A stretch of 64,000 nucleotides of DNA from a virus. The stretch is taken from the IMG/VR virus record IMGVR_UViG_3300028920_000041, positions 56,931-120,930 of that record; one strand, 5' to 3'. This document shows positions 34,989 to 44,757 of this stretch, piece by piece (the first letter of the stretch is position 1; the number at the start of each line of letters is the position of its first letter). The notes below the pieces were generated by a model that did not search any database, was not told the DNA's origin, and saw nothing but the letters and a program-made list of their open reading frames with translations. The position numbers and the translations under genes were made by a program.

Positions 34989-36611
34989 ATGCCACTCCCA
35001 GATCAACCATGGAGCACTTCGTTTCCAACGTCGCAGGACACTCCAGGTGTGGAGCAACCGGACCTTACTCCTGATTCAACTCCAGGTGCGGAGGATGGTC
35101 ATCGTGTTCTTGTACAGCACTTTCATGCTCTAAGAGACAAGCTCCAAGACTTAGCAGACGATCATGGTGATGATTCGAACCTTCCAGCCGGTTGTACTCG
35201 TGACAAGGTAGCAGACCTTGAGGAAGCTGGTTTTAGCAAAGCCGTAGGATCTACAGTAAAGTACTACATTGATGGTACAGCCGGTAATGACTCTACCGGT
35301 GATGGTGCGGCATGGGGAACTGCATTTGCTACATTTGATCATGTTTGGAACAATGTATTACCTGTTGTTCTTAGAGATAAATACATCATCCAATTCCGAA
35401 ACGTTGGAGCTGTTGCAGATACAAATCCCAACAGTGGTATCCATACCGGTAAGATGCTTCTTGGAGCAGATTCCAAGTTCGTTCTTGTTGGCGAAGATGG
35501 GTACAACGTAGTTTCTGCAGGAAGCACCTTTACTGGTGGAGACACCAAAACTGGTACTCTTGGTGCGGCCGGCTGGACTATTAACGATCACGCTGGAAAG
35601 TGGGTTCGTATCACGACAGGACCGGATGCAGGGTATGTTAGAAGTGTTATTAGAAATACAGCAGATACACTTTACTTTAACGTAGATCTAGCTAATACAG
35701 CGTCAGGACAAACATGGGAATGGGTAGAGCCTAACGCTACTGCGTCTGGTCAGTTCACAACGGTTTGGACTGCCGGAACACAAGATGGTGGGGGCGTAAC
35801 TTATGACCATTTCAAACACTCAGGAGATCTATTAGAAGTCTTGGGTTCTCCAGGGGCTGTTTCTTTCGGCAACCTTTACAATGTTGGTCAAAGTCGTGTG
35901 AACCTTAACAAAGAAGGTGGTAATTCCTTTTCAGCGACTGCAGTGAAAACTAGTTCTACTACCGGCGATGATCTTTCAGATGGGGTTGACAGAGGTGGAC
36001 TTTCTCATGATTTATCAGGGACTGAAAACGGTTTGCTAGATCTACAAGGATTGAATACTTTGGATGTTCAGGGTTGGATTGCTGCTGGACTTGAGATGTC
36101 AGATTGTTCTTTGTGGGGAAACCTTGGGAGCAATGGTGATACAGATACTATTCGTGCATCTATTATAAATCCAAGCAACGCAAACCGTTGTGCAATGATG
36201 CGTATGTGCAAGGTTCAAGATTCAACCAAAGGTCTTGGTTTTTACATTGATTCTGAAAGCGGAGGACAGGATGGACTTCGCGCTTTAGGATCTAGTCTTA
36301 TATTAATAGCGGGTATGGAGGCGAATAATTGTGTAGATGGGTTGAGTCTTATTGAGTCTACTATTGTTATGTCTAGAGGTATGACAGGTACTGGAAATTC
36401 CGGTTGGGGTGTTAGAGCAAGACGCGGATCATTCATAGTGATAGATAGGACAACGTCTGACCCGTCCGTGACAGGTACATCAGGCGACGTTCAGCTCGAC
36501 AGCGGCCCGTCTACCTGGGCAGCAATCCTCGCCGGGACCGCCCTGGTAGATCCGGTGGAGTTTTCTTCGGTCTACGTAGACACGACCCTTATCCAGGAAG
36601 CTGGCTGGTAG
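34989..36611 (+). CDS. Tailspike/receptor-binding-like beta-helix protein, paralog 1
   Basis: YYIDGTAGNDS...AFATFD motif (DUF1565-like beta-helix cap), then Gly/Ser/Asn-rich repeats. Confidence 0.65.
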   Translation: MPLPDQPWSTSFPTSQDTPGVEQPDLTPDSTPGAEDGHRVLVQHFHALRDKLQDLADDHGDDSNLPAGCTRDKVADLEEAGFSKAVGSTVKYYIDGTAGNDSTGDGAAWGTAFATFDHVWNNVLPVVLRDKYIIQFRNVGAVADTNPNSGIHTGKMLLGADSKFVLVGEDGYNVVSAGSTFTGGDTKTGTLGAAGWTINDHAGKWVRITTGPDAGYVRSVIRNTADTLYFNVDLANTASGQTWEWVEPNATASGQFTTVWTAGTQDGGGVTYDHFKHSGDLLEVLGSPGAVSFGNLYNVGQSRVNLNKEGGNSFSATAVKTSSTTGDDLSDGVDRGGLSHDLSGTENGLLDLQGLNTLDVQGWIAAGLEMSDCSLWGNLGSNGDTDTIRASIINPSNANRCAMMRMCKVQDSTKGLGFYIDSESGGQDGLRALGSSLILIAGMEANNCVDGLSLIESTIVMSRGMTGTGNSGWGVRARRGSFIVIDRTTSDPSVTGTSGDVQLDSGPSTWAAILAGTALVDPVEFSSVYVDTTLIQEAGW

Positions 36612-36620
36612 GAGATAACC

Positions 36621-37934
36621 ATGACAAAGAAATTTGGTTTTGATCTCAGTGGTCGCAGAAGCATGCAGGCTGACCGGGCGTATGGGTCCCCTGGATGGGC
36701 CACGCAGAACTATTACCTGGATCCTGTCTCCGGCAATGATGATAACGATGGCAGGAGCGCTGGAAGCCCCATCCAAACGTTTGATCATTACTGGAACAAC
36801 ATCCTGCCGGATGTTGTAATGCAGTCCCACACGCTTACAATGGCGGAGGGAGTGGTCTCAGTCTCCGGAACGTATGCGCAGAAGCAACTACTTGGGACCG
36901 CGAGTCTGCGGTTCCAGGGGGATACTACCGGTTTTGATTTTACTGGGTCTGGCGGCCCCCTGTCGGTCAGCTCGGGGAGTTCCGGGGTAATGACATTCTC
37001 CCCCTCGCCTGGTTGGGTTACCAATACGCACGCTGGCAGGATGATCTACAATCACACCAAGGGCTATATGGCGTATGTTTTTAGAAACACCGCCGATACG
37101 CTCTATCTCTACTACGGGTATTCCGTGAGTGCATCGGACTCCGTGGAGTGGTGCAAATTCAAAACGTCAATCGATGGCTACTGGGACATCCGGGTGATTG
37201 GAGGAGATCCCGGTCTTAACGCCGTTCGTTTTAACGATCTAAATCTTACAGGTTTTAGCAAGACTTTCTTCGGTGATGTGGAGTTTCGGTTTGATTATGT
37301 TTGTAGTGAGCAAAACTTGGCCGTTTGGGGGACAGCCATGGGCTGGCGAATGCCTGCGTTTGATTTCTATGACTCTTGCGTGAAGGGGCGGCTACTAGTT
37401 CAGTCTTGCATTTTTGACGCGGAGTACCCGTGTGTAACTGGTGGCCTGCAATTGTATGGGTGTGATCTCCAGTCTTACTACATGGATGGTAAATTTCTAG
37501 GCTCTGGCTATGATCCAGCGATTAAACTCTACCGCTGTGACTGTTTGGAAGAGGACGGATTTGGGGATATCGAGGTAGATCCAAACGGCAACGATATTGC
37601 AATAGATATCAAGAACTGCCCCCTTGTTCGTCTCTACCGAGATCTTAACATTACCAACCCTGGAGCCAACGGTATCCGAGTGCAAAACTCTCAACTCGTC
37701 GTCAGCCACAACGGGTTGTCAGGGGCACCCACATCCTACGGAGTTATTCTGCGACACGGATCCAGGCTTCGTTTAAAATCATTCGTAATTCCTACTCTTA
37801 ACGGGGGAACAGCGGATATATACGACGGCAGCGGAACGTCCACATGGGCTGCTGTCCAGGGAGGTACGCCGCTCGTTAACACAAATGAGATGACCTCGGC
37901 CGTTTTGGATACCATCGCCCTTGAAGACGAATAG
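36621..37934 (+). CDS. Tailspike/receptor-binding-like beta-helix protein, paralog 2
   Basis: YYLDPVSGNDDNDG...PIQTFDHYWNNILP aligns with paralog 1; similar C-terminal cap (STWAA..GT.LV..E). Confidence 0.65.
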   Translation: MTKKFGFDLSGRRSMQADRAYGSPGWATQNYYLDPVSGNDDNDGRSAGSPIQTFDHYWNNILPDVVMQSHTLTMAEGVVSVSGTYAQKQLLGTASLRFQGDTTGFDFTGSGGPLSVSSGSSGVMTFSPSPGWVTNTHAGRMIYNHTKGYMAYVFRNTADTLYLYYGYSVSASDSVEWCKFKTSIDGYWDIRVIGGDPGLNAVRFNDLNLTGFSKTFFGDVEFRFDYVCSEQNLAVWGTAMGWRMPAFDFYDSCVKGRLLVQSCIFDAEYPCVTGGLQLYGCDLQSYYMDGKFLGSGYDPAIKLYRCDCLEEDGFGDIEVDPNGNDIAIDIKNCPLVRLYRDLNITNPGANGIRVQNSQLVVSHNGLSGAPTSYGVILRHGSRLRLKSFVIPTLNGGTADIYDGSGTSTWAAVQGGTPLVNTNEMTSAVLDTIALEDE

Positions 37935-37942
37935 GAACGGAC

Positions 37943-38197
37943 ATGCCGAACCCAAACAAAAACTACATCATCAAGACGTGTCCAAGCTGTTCGGACACCA
38001 ACCTTTCCGTACTGCGTGGCCACGCAGAAAGTTATTATGGTCGCAATGCGCAGGGAATTCCACTGAGCGCAAAGATTGAAAGAGGACTCCCCACGCAGAG
38101 CGTTGCAAAATGCAGGGTTTGTTTTGCTACATCGACGTGGAACTTGGTCCAGACTGATCTGTCATCCCCTGATATCGACTACACAGAGCAGACCTGA
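37943..38197 (+). CDS. Small zinc-ribbon protein
   Basis: CPSC...CRVC; AGGA RBS. Confidence 0.6.
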   Translation: MPNPNKNYIIKTCPSCSDTNLSVLRGHAESYYGRNAQGIPLSAKIERGLPTQSVAKCRVCFATSTWNLVQTDLSSPDIDYTEQT

Positions 38198-38254
38198 TCT
38201 GTTCTCCTGTAGAATCAAGTTGCATGCAATCGCGGTAAGGGTTGAGGTTAGTGT

Positions 38255-39631
38255 ATGAGTAAACAAATCACTCTTTGGACCGCTTCAGCAGACGGTCTTG
38301 CATACAGCTTGGATTGGGGTGCGACATGGACTGAAGTTTCTACGGCTCCCATTTTTTCAGGAGGCATTGTAAACGCGCTTTGGGGGCCACGTGACTCTTG
38401 GAAGATATATGTACTGTATGGCCCGAACTTTGGTGGCCAAGGGGGGATTTGGTACTACGACGAAACGGGTTGGCATTCTGAATTGATAGGGTTCAATACA
38501 GAGCCTATTTATTCTACTTGGCCTACTCGGCGCGGAATTTGGTGTAACGAAGACGATACGTATGTTGTTCATGTCCACAAAGGGATCATCCGGGAAAGAG
38601 ATGGTGCTCCAGGAACTTCTTGGACGGAAACTGTTGTTTATTTTCCTGGTAGCTGGTGGGAAGGATTTTATGATGTTCATGGTAATCCCGATGGGTCTGC
38701 TGTGTATGCTGCTTATAGCGAGACACAGCTTTATAGAAAAGACCCAACCACAGGGGTTTGGGCAAGGGCAACACTTGTACCTTCATATAGACTTCACTGT
38801 GTACGTGTAGTTAGCGATACCGAAGTTTGGATCTGTGGTCAAGGTAACACTGGCGGTCTAGGGCGTAGTGGGAACATTTGGAAGTGGGACGGTGCTACTT
38901 TAACTGAAGAGTTTGTTAAATCAGACCCCTTTGGTACTACGCGAATAACCTCACTATACATGGAGGACGACGGATCTGCGGGTTGGGCCATTTGGCACAA
39001 CAATAATGATCTTTCCTTTCTTCAGTACAACGGATCTGTCTGGTCCGAAGTTCAAGCAGCAGATTTCGGCTCACGTCCTACGGAAATTACTCAGCTTGCG
39101 GGTGATTTGCCAAGTGCAAGACTGGTGCTTGACGACAGTATTCTCGTTGCCTATGACGGCGCGACATGGAGTGTCTTACCTACGTCTTTTCCCATCTCGG
39201 GGGACTTTCTCAGCTTACAGTACCTCGGTCCAGATCTTACACCTGAACCGCCTGCAACAGTACAAGAAAGACCTGCTTACGGACTACAAAGGTATGGCTC
39301 TAGTTCTCTTTATGGCAAATCGTTTACGGATGGTCCACTTATACAAAATCAAGATCCTGCCCCAGACTCTGTTGATAATTCTGTAGACACTCCAATAGAA
39401 ACAGAAGTTAATGGGATATTGTATCCTACAGATCCTGCAACTGTTGTAATCAGAGTAAATGGAGTCATTGCGTGGGAAAGTGACTCACCACAAAATGGGT
39501 ATACAGGCTACAAAACAAACTCTATGAACGGTTTTAGGTACCACTTAGAAGCTCCAGGATCGTTTCAAAATTATTCTCAAGTTGTTATAGAGATAGATGC
39601 AAAAGACACGAATGGCAGTGCTATTACATGA
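38255..39631 (+). CDS. Beta-propeller plus C-terminal Ig-like virion protein
   Basis: Repeated 'IW.YD...W', 'W.G..DV.A', 'W+wDG..w' propeller blades; C-terminal NQDPAP....VDTPI...D.NG Ig (Big_5-like) domain lacking its last strand. Confidence 0.7.
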   Translation: MSKQITLWTASADGLAYSLDWGATWTEVSTAPIFSGGIVNALWGPRDSWKIYVLYGPNFGGQGGIWYYDETGWHSELIGFNTEPIYSTWPTRRGIWCNEDDTYVVHVHKGIIRERDGAPGTSWTETVVYFPGSWWEGFYDVHGNPDGSAVYAAYSETQLYRKDPTTGVWARATLVPSYRLHCVRVVSDTEVWICGQGNTGGLGRSGNIWKWDGATLTEEFVKSDPFGTTRITSLYMEDDGSAGWAIWHNNNDLSFLQYNGSVWSEVQAADFGSRPTEITQLAGDLPSARLVLDDSILVAYDGATWSVLPTSFPISGDFLSLQYLGPDLTPEPPATVQERPAYGLQRYGSSSLYGKSFTDGPLIQNQDPAPDSVDNSVDTPIETEVNGILYPTDPATVVIRVNGVIAWESDSPQNGYTGYKTNSMNGFRYHLEAPGSFQNYSQVVIEIDAKDTNGSAIT

Positions 39632-40071
39632 GTTATACGTATTCATTCACTGTAGGATCTTACACAGCCCCAGATCTATCGAGTAGTCTGGATAACGCTT
39701 ACTTGATAGGACCATCTTTCCCTCTTCAGTTTTATCCTAATGGAGATATTCTGCTAGATACAGATGAATCTGTTCTGAACAGTGACATAAGGCTATCAGC
39801 TTTTGTTAGACCCTATGGGATACCTCTTTTCCCCCTAGGTGTCGGGATAGAAGACTTCGCATTTGATCAACTTGATGAAGTAATTAGAGCAGAACTAGAG
39901 ATACATGTATCGGATGGTGTGTCTAGCAGTGTAGATGGGATTGTAATTGACAGATCTTTTTACTTCGAAGAGAGCGAGAACTCTCTTAAAGTCATTGTCC
40001 CTTACGTAAACACAAGAATCAACAAGAACCAAAGTTCAGTGATTGTCACTGAAAGGCACAAGGTTGGATAA
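39628..40071 (+). CDS. Baseplate wedge gp25-like, paralog 2
   Basis: MSYTYSFTVG start and FPLQF..NGD shared with 32903-33343; immediately before the gp6-like gene. Confidence 0.75.
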   Translation: MSYTYSFTVGSYTAPDLSSSLDNAYLIGPSFPLQFYPNGDILLDTDESVLNSDIRLSAFVRPYGIPLFPLGVGIEDFAFDQLDEVIRAELEIHVSDGVSSSVDGIVIDRSFYFEESENSLKVIVPYVNTRINKNQSSVIVTERHKVG

Positions 40072-41789
40072 TGGCACTTGTACAGGCTAAGAGACTTTCT
40101 TATACCAGAAGAGATCTACTGAGCCTTCACACTGAAGTGTCCAAGTACTGGAAGGAGTTTATTCCTGTTATCAACGATACGAGCGAGATGAATTCTGGAC
40201 GTGTCTACCTGACTATCCATGAAGCGCTACTAGACAACGCAAATTTCGCCATTGATCAGAATTTCTTGGAAACCAAGCTTTCAACAGCAAGGCAAAGGAA
40301 AAACATCCTTCGTATTGCTTACATGCTTGACTATGAGCCTACTTCAGTATCTGCGGCTAGTGTTGATTTGACTGTTTCAATGCTTTCAGGTACAGCCGGG
40401 GCAGGTGGACAAGCTATCCCCATCTACACACGGTTTAGATCTGTTGTCTCGCCTGTTGTAGAATTTATTGCTATAGAAGCGTCCACTATACCCGAAGGAG
40501 AGTCTTCAGTAGAAATACAGGTTGTTCAAGGTATACGCATATCAAGGACTCTCACAACTTCGGCAAGCGGATCTGCAAACCAGCGGTACACACTCTCAAA
40601 TGCTAAAACTCCACACAGCTTGGTTGAGATAACAGTTGATGGAAAACTATGGACCAAAGTACAGGACTTTTCAGAATCCGATGATGAATCAGAGCACTAT
40701 AAGCTTGAGTATGATGAAAATGACTATACTACAGTGATCTTTGGTGATGGAGAATTTGGAAAAGTACCGGATAGTGGTGCTGTAATAACATCAGGCTATA
40801 TCCAAACGGATGCAGACGATGGAAACGCTCCAGCCAATACAATTACAAAAGTCATTGGTTCACTTGCTTCTACAATAGGTAGTACCAACGATGAAGGGGC
40901 TTCTGGTGGTGCTGTTAGTGAGACCAACGAATCAATCAAAAGAAATGCCCCGGCAGTAAGGCGAAGCTACAATAGAGCTGTTACACGAGAAGACTATGAA
41001 TCTTTAGCTACAGCCATGGAAGGCGTTTACAAGTCCTTTGCAATACGAGGTGAAGGTGCAAGAACAGACATCTATTTGCTTCCAGAAGGTGGAGGTATCG
41101 CAAGCAACTTTCTGATTAGCTCAGTTCAAACAGAGCTAGACAATAAAAAGGTTGATGGTGCGGTACCTGCAGTAGACACACTTCAGCAAGCTGGCGTTGT
41201 GATCTCTGTGAACGCTGTAACATTTACAAACAGAGTCTCTAAATCAACTGTCAAAGCAAAGATTATAGCAGAGACAGAAGCTAACCTTATCTATACAGAG
41301 CTTACTCGCGGAAGAGCTTTTACACGGTCTGACTTGTCTAAGCTTTATGAAAACCTTGAGGACGGAGATCTTATCGACTACGTTGATTACACTATATTGA
41401 CCCGTGTTCCAAGGGTTGTCAAAAGCAATGCAAGTGCTCCGGACTTCCAAGGTAGGGTGAAGGTCTTTTCTGCAGCTAGCTATGATACCTATCTAATTAC
41501 AGCGACGAGTACAACACAGTTCACAGTGAGCAAGAACGGAACACCACAAACATCGCAAGGAACTGTTGCAACAGAGTACACAACCAGCGGCAGTGAGATC
41601 ACATTCACGCTAGGTGTCTCTGGTGACACTCTGACAGCGGGTGACACATGGATTTTCAAGACTTCTGCTTATGTGGATAACATCGTAATTGATGACAACG
41701 AAGTGATGCAGCTAGAGTCGAGTTCGGACTTGAATGTATCAGTGTTCTTCCCGGGCGAATACGACATTGCCACCAAGAGTGCAATCTAA
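40071..41789 (+). CDS. Baseplate wedge protein (gp6 / baseplate J-like)
   Basis: E..L.TARQRKNILRIA.ML.Y.P; V.FGDG.FGK.P..G..I...Y....G; GG...E..E.IK..AP.....NRAVT.EDY motifs. Confidence 0.9.
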   Translation: MALVQAKRLSYTRRDLLSLHTEVSKYWKEFIPVINDTSEMNSGRVYLTIHEALLDNANFAIDQNFLETKLSTARQRKNILRIAYMLDYEPTSVSAASVDLTVSMLSGTAGAGGQAIPIYTRFRSVVSPVVEFIAIEASTIPEGESSVEIQVVQGIRISRTLTTSASGSANQRYTLSNAKTPHSLVEITVDGKLWTKVQDFSESDDESEHYKLEYDENDYTTVIFGDGEFGKVPDSGAVITSGYIQTDADDGNAPANTITKVIGSLASTIGSTNDEGASGGAVSETNESIKRNAPAVRRSYNRAVTREDYESLATAMEGVYKSFAIRGEGARTDIYLLPEGGGIASNFLISSVQTELDNKKVDGAVPAVDTLQQAGVVISVNAVTFTNRVSKSTVKAKIIAETEANLIYTELTRGRAFTRSDLSKLYENLEDGDLIDYVDYTILTRVPRVVKSNASAPDFQGRVKVFSAASYDTYLITATSTTQFTVSKNGTPQTSQGTVATEYTTSGSEITFTLGVSGDTLTAGDTWIFKTSAYVDNIVIDDNEVMQLESSSDLNVSVFFPGEYDIATKSAI

Positions 41790-44746
41790 TGGGTCCGGAA
41801 TTCTTAACACAACTAGAAGCCAGGACAGCGTTAGAGACGCCTCAGATCGTCTTGACGTGGACCTACGATGACGATCTGACCTCCCCACTTTTCGGCGTAC
41901 CCTGGCCCTGGGACGCCATGACGCTCCAGCGCAGCGCTGAGCGCTTCCCAGAGGACGAGACGGAAGGAACCACGGTCCTTTCAGAGAGCCTGTCAGACAG
42001 CCCTACAGAGGCTGTGGGCGATACCTCGGTGGAAGGGTTGACCGAGTACTACTATTCACTTTTCTTGCAATACACAGAGCACAATACAGCAGCAATCAAC
42101 CAAGACCTTGATATTTCCAGGATAGGATCTCAGTTCGGCGCTGTTATCTACGATGAGCGCTTGACTTACACTGAAGGAATAGATGGTGCTTCTAATGCAA
42201 CAGCTATCTTTACATCGGCTGGATCTGAGTTTTTAACCAGCGGAGTACAAGCTGGTTTTATCCTGGAAATCATACAAGGTGCAGGTGCGGATGATGGGTT
42301 CTACATCATTCAATCAGTGGACTCAGAGACTCAGGTAACACTAACCTCTTCTTTAACTCTAACAGATACAAACATTGGATTTGCCATCTACTCACACCAT
42401 GAAAGATATTGGATTGCAGGAGTCAGCTACGACAGAAAGGCTACTCTTTGGAGATATAACACTCACACGGGAATGGTAGATAAGAAAGTAGACCTTTCAG
42501 AGATCTTAGACCTTGACGAATTTGTATCAGCAATGGCTCTTGCAGAGACTATTTCAGGTACGAAGTACTTAGCATTTTTGACTCCAAAACGTTACGTTAA
42601 ACTGCCTGAACCTGCAGACCTTGTTGCAACAGTAGAAAGCTCTGACATCACAACAACGTGGCTCTTAACAGGGATGCCACCGAATCATGTTGTTGCAGGA
42701 GCTTTTTTAGACCTATCTGTATTTCAAGGATCTGATACGGTCTATGTTCTGGACTCAAACAACACAGTAATAAGGCTTTTGACAGAGTCTACAGGCGCTT
42801 CTGCGGGAACCATAGATCTATCTGGTTTAGATGATTCGGACTCTAGCCAACTTCAAGGCCTTGCGCCTGACTACACAAATGACTATTTGCTTATAGGTAA
42901 CAGAAACTATGTTTATTTGGTTGATGAATCACAGACTTCTCCAGACTCTAGTGATGTAGCTTCAATTGTTGTTTTAAGAGAAGACTTTTTAGCGGATATT
43001 GGTCTATATGAGGATGAGTTTACAGGTACTCAGTATATCTGTGTGGCTCACCATGGTGTAGATCAGTTCCGGACGTATGAGATAGAAGAAACAAAAGCAT
43101 ATCTTTGGCAACAACCTTACGTGGCAGACTCTGATTGTGTAGCTTTGTATCATCTTGACGATGAATCTGGGTCTCTAGTTGACGCTACGGCCAATGGTCA
43201 TGATGGTACGAATGGAGGGATGGATTATCAAGCAACAGGTAAGTTCAACTATGGTATTGAGTCTGACAGTGCTACAGATAATGTGGACATAAGTGCTATT
43301 TCAACATCATTTAATGGATCTGAAGGCACTCTTGAGCTTTGGTTTCAAGCCAGTATCGCTACAGTCCTTGACTCTGGAGATAGCACACTCTGTACACTCG
43401 AAGTTGACGCCAACAACAAAGTTACTATAGCGATAGTCTCTGGACAACTGAGCTTCTCTTATGTGGCAGGTGGAACCACTTCGAGTGTTGTTGCTGACCA
43501 TCCATCGGCTGATACTGAGTTTCATCATTATATGATCTCTTGGTCCAGTACTTCAGATGAGGTTAAGGCATTTGTTGATGACAGTCAGTTTGGGACAACT
43601 CAAACAGGTCTCGGTACATGGGCAGGATCTATCGCTACTGCATACATTGGACATAACACACAATCCGCACTTGGTATCTATGATGATGTTCGTATCTCTT
43701 CTGTAGCAAGACAGCGTTACACAACAGTTCAGTCTTATACCTCTGCAAACAAGATGTATGCATTTTCCGGAAGAGATTATGATGCTACTTACGAAGAGGA
43801 CGATCCTCTAGGATTTTACTATAGAGATGAGTTTTTTACAAACAAGTTTATGGGCGGTGATTTCATCATTCGCAATGACTATGAGCCAGAAAAGCTTTAC
43901 CCACAAAACAAAGTCATTGATGACAATGAAGTGATCTTTCGGGGTCCCAGCACGTTGCCCAGCTTAGGCCATACCGGTCGGTTGTCAAGGCTCTTGGGGC
44001 TTTATTTAGACAGGATTGCAGACGCTAGAGAAGAGTGGCTCAAAATCTACGATCGCTATTACACAGACTTTGATAGTATCCAGGCTATTTCTGACCTGCT
44101 AGGTTTACAAGGATTGGATACTCTTAACTGGAACGTTGATAAGCAAAAACGGTTCCTAAGAGTGATGTCTTCTATACTGAAAGCAGGTGGGCGAGCAGTC
44201 TCTTACGATGCATACGCTCATCTCTTAGGGTTTCTTGTTGTTGGAGATCATTTACAGGCCAAGTTTCGATTTGACTCTGTCCATTATAACTCTGTATTTG
44301 ATTCGTTGGTTCAGGCCATTCCGTTTGACACAATGGGGTCGTTTGATACTTATGACGAAAGGTTCCCTTTAGCTCTGCTTCGTTGGAGGATCTATCAGCA
44401 ATCAACAAAGTCATTACTAGGGGCTACCTCGGCTGTAGTTAGCGATAGACTCTTGACAGACGCATCGGCCACGTTTACCAGCACAGCACAAGTCGGCAAT
44501 CTAATCAAAATCTATGATCAGGATTCTACAGGGGATAACGGAAAATATATTATTGAGGAAGTCCATTCAGACACAGAGCTTAAAGTTGATACTGACTGGC
44601 CTGTAGGAGGACTATCAGGATTGACGTACAGTAACAATTGGGAAGTCCCTTATCCAGATCCATGGTCTGATTACTTACTCAATAGATTTGATGAACACCT
44701 TAGCCCAAACTGCATGCGTACAATGCATAGAGACGAAACCGTTTAG
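41789..44746 (+). CDS. Baseplate protein (gp7/P2 gpI-like) with FN3-like, propeller and LamG domains
   Basis: N-terminal I.LTWT...YYYSLF (FN3-like); LYHLDD.SG...D.T.NG..G and TLELWF...HHY...W...YIG...G.YDDVRIS (LamG); L.RLL.L.LD.I...W....R..LR....I.K..G (gpI-like). Confidence 0.7.
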   Translation: MGPEFLTQLEARTALETPQIVLTWTYDDDLTSPLFGVPWPWDAMTLQRSAERFPEDETEGTTVLSESLSDSPTEAVGDTSVEGLTEYYYSLFLQYTEHNTAAINQDLDISRIGSQFGAVIYDERLTYTEGIDGASNATAIFTSAGSEFLTSGVQAGFILEIIQGAGADDGFYIIQSVDSETQVTLTSSLTLTDTNIGFAIYSHHERYWIAGVSYDRKATLWRYNTHTGMVDKKVDLSEILDLDEFVSAMALAETISGTKYLAFLTPKRYVKLPEPADLVATVESSDITTTWLLTGMPPNHVVAGAFLDLSVFQGSDTVYVLDSNNTVIRLLTESTGASAGTIDLSGLDDSDSSQLQGLAPDYTNDYLLIGNRNYVYLVDESQTSPDSSDVASIVVLREDFLADIGLYEDEFTGTQYICVAHHGVDQFRTYEIEETKAYLWQQPYVADSDCVALYHLDDESGSLVDATANGHDGTNGGMDYQATGKFNYGIESDSATDNVDISAISTSFNGSEGTLELWFQASIATVLDSGDSTLCTLEVDANNKVTIAIVSGQLSFSYVAGGTTSSVVADHPSADTEFHHYMISWSSTSDEVKAFVDDSQFGTTQTGLGTWAGSIATAYIGHNTQSALGIYDDVRISSVARQRYTTVQSYTSANKMYAFSGRDYDATYEEDDPLGFYYRDEFFTNKFMGGDFIIRNDYEPEKLYPQNKVIDDNEVIFRGPSTLPSLGHTGRLSRLLGLYLDRIADAREEWLKIYDRYYTDFDSIQAISDLLGLQGLDTLNWNVDKQKRFLRVMSSILKAGGRAVSYDAYAHLLGFLVVGDHLQAKFRFDSVHYNSVFDSLVQAIPFDTMGSFDTYDERFPLALLRWRIYQQSTKSLLGATSAVVSDRLLTDASATFTSTAQVGNLIKIYDQDSTGDNGKYIIEEVHSDTELKVDTDWPVGGLSGLTYSNNWEVPYPDPWSDYLLNRFDEHLSPNCMRTMHRDETV

Positions 44747-44757
44747 GAGCTTAGCAA

